This document shows positions 43,558 through 48,445 of a stretch of 48,445 bases of DNA, piece after piece. Made by a program: the position numbers and the translations under genes. This stretch comes from a virus, in the IMG/VR virus record IMGVR_UViG_3300021321_000001, positions 1 to 48,445 of that record; one strand, written 5' to 3'. Below the pieces are notes generated by a model. The model was not told the DNA's origin, ran no database searches, and saw only the letters and a list, made by a program, of their open reading frames with translations. Each line of letters begins with the position of its first letter. Position 1 is the first letter of the stretch.

Positions 43558-44357
43558 CCGTTTGGTCCATCTCCGCAGATTTGACAGCCGTCGTTCGTTG
43601 CGCCCGGCGCGTTGCATGTGGGGCAATCGAACGTGTTGACCTGGGCGGCGCGTCTGCGCTTTGCCACCCAATAGCGGGCGGTGAACTTCGTATCCTCGTC
43701 CATGTCGCTCTTGTCCCTGATCCACTCCAGGTAATCGATCGGGGCTTCCTCGAACGTCATGCCCTTGTGCTTGCCGAAGTTCATGACCTTGAGCAAAGCC
43801 GGATATTTCGAGATGTGAACCATCTCCTCGATCGTCTTCTGAGACATCAGGCGGACGAACAGGTGCGCCGTCACATAGGCGTCGGGCAACGCGCGGTGCG
43901 GCGGGAATGCCTGCTCGGCGTCAAGGGTGAGGTCGAGCCAATAGCGCAAGCCCTGATTGCTGTGCGTCGGCGCGTCCGGCCACACGACGCGCGCGACCTT
44001 GTACGTGTCAATCCAGCGCCGGCCGTCGCCCGCGTGGAAATGCTGCTCGAACTTCGCGTTGTGCGCGACCAGGATGTCAGCCGGGCCGCATCCCTCGAAA
44101 AACTCATCCCACAACTCGCGAGCCATCGGCGCGTCGGCAACGTCGGCCTCGGTGATGTGGTGGACGGCCTTCGTCACTGCCGGGATAGGTCCCTGAGGAC
44201 GCGCAAGCGAGGTCCACGGGTTGCCGATTGTGCGCGAGGCAAGGTGAATGTCGATGCGGCCGAACTCGATGATCTCGGGGGCTTCGTCTTCGGGCGTGCC
44301 CGTGGTCTCGTAGTCGATGACGCGGGCGATGCGGGGCATGCTGGCAAAGTCAATCAT
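43554..44357 (-). CDS. DEDDh 3'-5' exonuclease (DnaQ-like) fused to a DUF3820-like module and a C-terminal Zn ribbon
   Basis: VIDYETTG, VAHNAKFE and HRALPDA exonuclease motifs. FGKHKGMTFEEAPIDYLEWI. CPTC...CQIC. Confidence 0.8.
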   Translation of the reverse strand: MIDFASMPRIARVIDYETTGTPEDEAPEIIEFGRIDIHLASRTIGNPWTSLARPQGPIPAVTKAVHHITEADVADAPMARELWDEFFEGCGPADILVAHNAKFEQHFHAGDGRRWIDTYKVARVVWPDAPTHSNQGLRYWLDLTLDAEQAFPPHRALPDAYVTAHLFVRLMSQKTIEEMVHISKYPALLKVMNFGKHKGMTFEEAPIDYLEWIRDKSDMDEDTKFTARYWVAKRRRAAQVNTFDCPTCNAPGATNDGCQICGDGPNG

Positions 44358-44857
44358 ATCTCGGCCTGTGACAGCGCTTCGTCGATGACGGGGAGAAGGC
44401 CGCGCGCGTCGGCGCGCAATGGCTCGTGATTGATCGGCCATCGGCAGATGATAGCGCCCTCGTTCTCAAGGGCCATGTTGCCCAAGACGACGCGGCAGCG
44501 CTCCAGCGTGCCGCGCAATGCCTCGATGATCGCGAGGGCCTTTGTCAGTTCGTTGACGGTGCTATGAACGTACGGCGCGAGGTTAGCGCAACACTTCCAG
44601 CCGTCGCCGAAGATGGCGCGGCCGATCGCCTCGCGTTCGGCGATGACTTCCGCAAGGCGCTTCTCGCGGACGGCGGCGATCTGGTCGCGCGTCTGCTGGC
44701 AGCAATTGAGGCGCTTTCTCACTTCGCGCAGGCAGAACAGTTCCGTCTCCAGGAAGCGCCGATAGTCGGCGTTGCCAGACCATCGCTTGGTCGAATTCTC
44801 GATCGTCGCAATGCAGCGATCAATGTCGGCGATGGCGGGCGTGGTGCGGTCAGTCAT
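44354..44857 (-). CDS. Hypothetical Cys-rich protein (167 aa)
   Basis: ATG 44857 follows AGGAGG, in the frame of track ORF 44354..44890. Confidence 0.6.
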   Translation of the reverse strand: MTDRTTPAIADIDRCIATIENSTKRWSGNADYRRFLETELFCLREVRKRLNCCQQTRDQIAAVREKRLAEVIAEREAIGRAIFGDGWKCCANLAPYVHSTVNELTKALAIIEALRGTLERCRVVLGNMALENEGAIICRWPINHEPLRADARGLLPVIDEALSQAEI

Positions 44858-44942
44858 TGGCTCGATCCTCCTGTTGCCAACGGACGCCAAGCGCGAGCGC
44901 GAGAACGGTGCAGCCCAAGGCGATGAAGATTTGCGCGGTCAC
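44850..44942 (-). CDS. 30-aa hydrophobic peptide (VTAQIFIALGCTVLALALGVRWQQEDRAND)
   Basis: GTG start in a GTGA overlap with the preceding peptide. Translated by hand. Confidence 0.3.
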   Translation of the reverse strand: MTAQIFIALGCTVLALALGVRWQQEDRAND

Positions 44943-45061
44943 AGCGGCACCGCGACGATGTCGGCCCAAACGAGGGCGGCGGCGATGAACAGGCCAATGG
45001 CGAACGCATCAACGATGCACTCGGCGGTGAAGCGGAGCGCGATGCTGAGGAGGCGGGTCAT
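44939..45061 (-). CDS. 40-aa hydrophobic peptide (MTRLLSIALRFTAECIVDAFAIGLFIAAALVWADIVAVPL)
   Basis: The ATG is in an ATGA overlap with the stop of 45058..45573. Translated by hand. Confidence 0.35.
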   Translation of the reverse strand: MTRLLSIALRFTAECIVDAFAIGLFIAAALVWADIVAVPL

Positions 45062-45573
45062 GCTGTCACCTGGAGGGGGATCAGGGTGTAAGAGCGGGCC
45101 GGCTGCTCGCCGTCGCGGATGCCCTGGTTCAAGTCCTCATAGATGACCAGGAGATGCGAAGCGTTGGCCCGGTGGGTGTCGCAATAGTCGCGATCTTCGC
45201 TGACGAAGTAACGGCGGACGGTGAAATGCGCGGGCTTCGGCTCGGCCTTTGCCGGTTCGGTCGGCGCGACGACGCAAAGCTGCTCGCCGATGTAGAAGCA
45301 CCATCCGGCCGGGAGCGGGCGGACGCTGTAGCGCTTGCCGCATTCGATCGCGCGGCCGTTCGCCCCTTCTTCCGTCACGAACGCCTCATAGATCAGGAAG
45401 GTCTCGCCGCGCGCGAACGCCTCGGCCAAGTCCTTGCAAGTCGTGTCGTCGTGGCTGGTCGTGTTGCCCCCGGCGTCGATCGTGTAAGCCTCGCACGGCA
45501 CGGGGCCGAACGAGCTGTTCCAGAAAACGCCGAACGCGGCGGGGACGCGGCGGGCGGTGGCGATCTTGTGCAT
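45058..45573 (-). CDS. Hypothetical early protein (171 aa)
   Basis: ATG 45573 overlaps the upstream stop (TAATG), in the frame of track ORF 45058..45831. Confidence 0.6.
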   Translation of the reverse strand: MHKIATARRVPAAFGVFWNSSFGPVPCEAYTIDAGGNTTSHDDTTCKDLAEAFARGETFLIYEAFVTEEGANGRAIECGKRYSVRPLPAGWCFYIGEQLCVVAPTEPAKAEPKPAHFTVRRYFVSEDRDYCDTHRANASHLLVIYEDLNQGIRDGEQPARSYTLIPLQVTA

Positions 45574-45776
45574 TAGCGGTGCTCCTGGTGGGTCTCGTAA
45601 ACGGCCTTGAGCCAGTCGGCGCATTCGGTGCGGGTGCGGCCGGTGAAGCACTGCGCGGGACCGTTGATCGAAACGCGAGCGAACGCGCTCCACGCCTTCC
45701 AGGTGGAGGTATGGGAAACCTTCGACACGTTGCCGATGTGGACCCCGTTCACCTTGACCGATTGGAGCTTGGACAC
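45573..45776 (-). CDS. Hypothetical early protein (67 aa)
   Basis: GTG 45776 follows AAGGA and the conserved leader. The longer track start at 45812 would lie inside the promoter. Confidence 0.45.
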   Translation of the reverse strand: MSKLQSVKVNGVHIGNVSKVSHTSTWKAWSAFARVSINGPAQCFTGRTRTECADWLKAVYETHQEHR

Positions 45777-45788
45777 GTTGCGATCCTT

Positions 45789-45831
45789 GTTGCGATTTCC
45801 ACAACAGAGCACAACACAAGGGTGGTGTCAA
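45789..45831 (-). promoter_or_regulatory. Leftward early promoter TTGACA-17-TCTGTT with operator GTTGCGATTTCCACAAC
   Basis: -35 at 45831-45826, weak -10 at 45808-45803, operator at 45789-45805, extra CACAAC at 45810. Confidence 0.5.
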
Positions 45832-45839
45832 CGAGGTTT

Positions 45840-46160
45840 ATAACGAACAAATTTGGTTGAGGATAATCCGAAGATTAGGGCCGAAACGGTACGATCCTTT
45901 ATACGCTGGTATTGAACAATCCTGGATCGCTAGATTTGGTCTTATGAACCTCTCGGCGCGAATCCACCAATCATTCCAATATCATCTCTGTGACAAAGGG
46001 TTTTATAAGAGGAGCTAAAAGTTTTTAATTAGGGTAGGTATAGCCCGGTTTAAACTTATAGCCGGGTATACAACCCGCCATCCCCAGCTATTTCAAAAAA
46101 GTTTGGTCGCTCTTAGAAACCCCTTTGCCACTCGGAACCGGGGCCGCAACACGCGCTCGA
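45840..46160. other. AT-rich non-coding region between the divergent early-left and late operons (candidate pac/cos, ori or late-control region)
   Basis: No credible ORF. GC is far below the genome average by eye. Repeats TATAGCCCGG at 46039 and TATAGCCGGG at 46057 form an imperfect hairpin around GTTTAAAC. Confidence 0.6.
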
Positions 46161-46166
46161 AATAGC

Positions 46167-46192
46167 GTTGTGATCTGAGCAACAACCATCCG
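46167..46192 (+). promoter_or_regulatory. Operator-like GTTGTGATCTGAGCAAC fused to copy 3 of the 14-mer GCAACAACCATCCG, then TATAAA
   Basis: The 14-mer at 46179-46192 lies 54 nt upstream of terS ATG 46233. TATAAA is at 46197-46202. Confidence 0.5.
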
Positions 46193-46232
46193 TCACTATA
46201 AACCGCCGTCACGTAAAACCACGTTGCGGCCC

Positions 46233-46766
46233 ATGTCGGAACTCACCCCAAAGCAAGCCCGGTTCGTCGAGGAATACCTGATCGACCTGAACGCAACTCA
46301 GGCCGCGATCCGCGCCGGCTATTCGGCCAAGAGCGCCAACGATCAGGTCGGGGGATTGCTCGCCAAGCCGGCGATCAAAGCCGCGATCGATGCAGGCAAG
46401 GCCGCGCGCTCGGCAAAGACGGGCATTGATGCCGCGTGGCTGCTCAATCGCCTTGCCGTGGAGGCTGAGGCCGATCTTGCCGACATCTACACCGAGGACG
46501 GCGCGGTGAAGCCGGTCCATCAGTGGCCGAAAATCTGGCGGCAGGGCCTCGTTGCCGGGATCAAGCATCAAGAGCTGCGAGATGGGGAGGGAAACGCCAC
46601 TGGCGAGTTCATCGTCGAGGTGAAGGTTTCTGATCGCGTGAAGCGCCTGGAGCTGATCGGCAAGCATGTGGGCGTGCAAGCATTCCTCGAAAAGGTCGAG
46701 GTCGCGGGCGTCGAACAGCTCGCCGATCGCATCGCTCGCGCGAAGGCGAAGGCCGGGGGGAAGTGA
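46233..46766 (+). CDS. terS: Terminase small subunit
   Basis: LTPKQARFVEEYLIDLNATQAAIRAGYS is the classic Terminase_2 N-terminus. A TTG at 46224 is an alternative start. Confidence 0.8.
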   Translation: MSELTPKQARFVEEYLIDLNATQAAIRAGYSAKSANDQVGGLLAKPAIKAAIDAGKAARSAKTGIDAAWLLNRLAVEAEADLADIYTEDGAVKPVHQWPKIWRQGLVAGIKHQELRDGEGNATGEFIVEVKVSDRVKRLELIGKHVGVQAFLEKVEVAGVEQLADRIARAKAKAGGK

Positions 46767-46999
46767 TGGCGCGAACCTGGAGCGAGATAGTCGAGGCGAA
46801 GGCAAAGACATTCGACCTTGCGGCCAAGCTCAACGCGTCGGTGCAGTCTGATTCTGCGGCCTGCGCGTGGCACGCGATGGCGCTGCGCGACATGGCACGG
46901 TTGCTCGATCTGAACAATCGCGCGCGCGGCCTCCGGATCGGCAGCATTCGCCTGTTTGGCCTGCGGCTGACGCTCTCGCGCGATGAGGCCGGCAAATGA
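46766..46999 (+). CDS. Hypothetical protein (77 aa) between terS and terL
   Basis: ATG 46766 overlaps the terS stop (TGATG). Track ORF 46763..46999. Confidence 0.5.
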   Translation: MARTWSEIVEAKAKTFDLAAKLNASVQSDSAACAWHAMALRDMARLLDLNNRARGLRIGSIRLFGLRLTLSRDEAGK

Positions 47000-47076
47000 C
47001 GCTTCTGTTCGGCTGCGCGCTCGGCCTAGCGGCGTTCGCGGCCACGCTCGTGATCGTGATCCTGACTGATGGCTAG
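46996..47076 (+). CDS. 26-aa hydrophobic peptide (MTLLFGCALGLAAFAATLVIVILTDG)
   Basis: ATGA overlap upstream. Its TAG lies 5 nt inside terL. Translated by hand. Confidence 0.35.
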   Translation: MTLLFGCALGLAAFAATLVIVILTDG

Positions 47077-48445
47077 CGCTGCATCTAAACGCCCCGGCCT
47101 CGGCCACAACCGCGATCCTAACGACGACATCATTGAGCTGGCTGCGCAATGCCAGTTCGATCCTGACGTGTGGTCGCGCCTCGCCTGGGATTGGGGACAC
47201 GGCGCGCTCGCCGAATACGACGGGCCGCGCGCGTGGCAGCAGGACATTAACCGCGTGATCCGCGATCACCTCGCCGATCCCAAAACGCGGTTCGAGCCGT
47301 TGCAGATATCGGTCGCGTCCGGTCACGGCATCGGCAAGTCGGCCGAAATGGGCATGCTCTCGAATTGGGCCATGTCGTGTTGGGATGACGCGAAAGTCCT
47401 GATGACGGCGAACACTGAGCCGCAGTTGCGCACCAAGACCGCGCCCGAAGTCGGGAAGTGGTTCAAGATGAGCCTGACGGCGTCGTGGTTCGACGTCCAG
47501 GCGATGAGCATCAAGAGCCGCGATCCGATGCACGGCGATAGCTGGCGCATGGATTTCCTGACGTGGTCGGAGCACAACACGGAGGCGTTCGCCGGCCTGC
47601 ACAACAAGGGCAAAATCATCCTGCTCCTGTTCGATGAGGCGTCGAAAATCCATGACAAGGTTTGGGAAGTCGCCGAAGGCGCGATGACCGACGAGAACAC
47701 CGTGATCATTTGGGTGGTGTTCGGCAACCCGACGCGCAACAGCGGGCGCTTTCGCGAGTGCTTCCGACGCTTCCGCCATCGCTGGATCGGCCGGCAGATT
47801 GATAGCCGCACGGTCGAGGGCACGAACAAGAAGTATTTGCAGAAACTCGTAGACGACCACGGCGAGGACAGTGACGTGGTCAAATACCGTGTGAGGGGGC
47901 AATTCCCTGCCCAAAGCGCCATGCAATTCATCAGTGCCGACGACGTCGATAAGGCCCGCGCGCGCCATCTGCGCAAAGAGCAATACGCGTTCGCGCCCGT
48001 GATCCTGGGCGTCGATCCCGCGTGGACAGGTGATGACAAGCTCGAAATCATGTTGAGGCAGGGCCTCTACTCCAAGAGCCTCGCGAGCCTCCCGCGAAAT
48101 GACAATGACGTCGAGGTGGCAAACCTGATCGCGCGCCTGGAGGATGAGTATCAGGCCGATGCGGTGTTCGTGGACGCCGGCTATGGCACGGGCATCGTGT
48201 CGGCCGGCTCGGTCATGGGCCGTTCGTGGCGGCTGATTTGGTTCTCGGGCAAGCCGATCGATACGGGCTTCCTGAACAAGCGTGCGGAGATTTGGGGCAC
48301 GGGCAAGAAGTGGATCAAGGCGGGCGGTGCGATCGATCCGAAGGATGAGGATCTGTATCAAGACCTGATCGGGCCGGAAACCGTGCCGCGTTTAGACGGC
48401 AAGGTTCAGCTCGAAAGCAAAGAGGACATGAAGGACCGCGGGCTA
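47069..48445 (+). CDS. terL: Terminase large subunit, N-terminal 459 codons (continues at nt 2..277 after the circular junction; 508 aa in total)
   Basis: ATG 47069 is the first start after an in-frame TGA. Walker A VASGHGIGKS and Walker B LLLFDEAS. There is no stop before the window end. Confidence 0.9.
   Translation, partial: MASAASKRPGLGHNRDPNDDIIELAAQCQFDPDVWSRLAWDWGHGALAEYDGPRAWQQDINRVIRDHLADPKTRFEPLQISVASGHGIGKSAEMGMLSNWAMSCWDDAKVLMTANTEPQLRTKTAPEVGKWFKMSLTASWFDVQAMSIKSRDPMHGDSWRMDFLTWSEHNTEAFAGLHNKGKIILLLFDEASKIHDKVWEVAEGAMTDENTVIIWVVFGNPTRNSGRFRECFRRFRHRWIGRQIDSRTVEGTNKKYLQKLVDDHGEDSDVVKYRVRGQFPAQSAMQFISADDVDKARARHLRKEQYAFAPVILGVDPAWTGDDKLEIMLRQGLYSKSLASLPRNDNDVEVANLIARLEDEYQADAVFVDAGYGTGIVSAGSVMGRSWRLIWFSGKPIDTGFLNKRAEIWGTGKKWIKAGGAIDPKDEDLYQDLIGPETVPRLDGKVQLESKEDMKDRGL
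48319..48445. repeat. Second copy of the 127-bp terminal overlap
   Basis: Identical to 1..127. Confidence 0.95.

Noticed and set aside
46568-48361. 597-aa - strand ORF opposite terL, and similar shadow ORFs (3841..5172, 39786..40811 N-terminal part, 40190..41548, 690..1379)
   Set aside because: For the same reason. The opposite or alternative frame carries recognisable terminase, capsid, DnaN or portal sequences, and the shadow products are compositionally aberrant.

Overview
The window is one complete, circularly closed phage genome. Nt 1-127 are identical to nt 48319-48445, so the unique sequence is 48,318 bp and the large-terminase gene is cut by the arbitrary linearisation point. It is high-GC (roughly 60-65 % by eye) and tightly packed, with many ATGA/TGATG coupled gene junctions. 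The gene order is that of a temperate podovirus with a T7-like virion module. On the + strand: terS, terL, portal, scaffold, major capsid, cement-like protein, head/tail fibre, tubular proteins A and B, gp13/14/15/16-like internal virion proteins (one with a muramidase domain, one a 2362-aa giant carrying an HExxH motif), beta-helix tailspike, then a lysis cassette (holin-like, pinholin-like, SAR endolysin, overlapping i-/o-spanins). On the - strand at 25.8-29.8 kb: a Zn-ribbon protein, small ORFs, RecT plus a PD-(D/E)xK exonuclease, and a CI-like repressor. The rightward early operon (30.0-35.9 kb) encodes a Cro-like protein, a GcrA-like protein, an SF2 helicase, an OmpR-type wHTH protein, SSB, VRR-NUC and a primase/VirE-type helicase. 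An Acb2-like small protein and a tyrosine integrase lie at 36.1-37.5 kb on the - strand, followed by an orphan + strand P-loop gene. Two leftward early operons (38.2-45.8 kb) encode PrtN-like and LuxR-type regulators, an HD hydrolase, HNH, a phage DnaN clamp, a DEDDh exonuclease and many unknowns. The GcrA-like gene suggests an alphaproteobacterial host, which is inference only. The most notable non-coding signals are a 17-bp dyad operator present eight times on dispersed early promoters, an exact 14-mer present three times at a fixed distance upstream of start codons, a roughly 390-bp AT-rich non-coding region upstream of terS, and GC hairpins abutting three late-gene start codons. I found no rRNA gene, complete tRNA gene, CRISPR array or reverse transcriptase.
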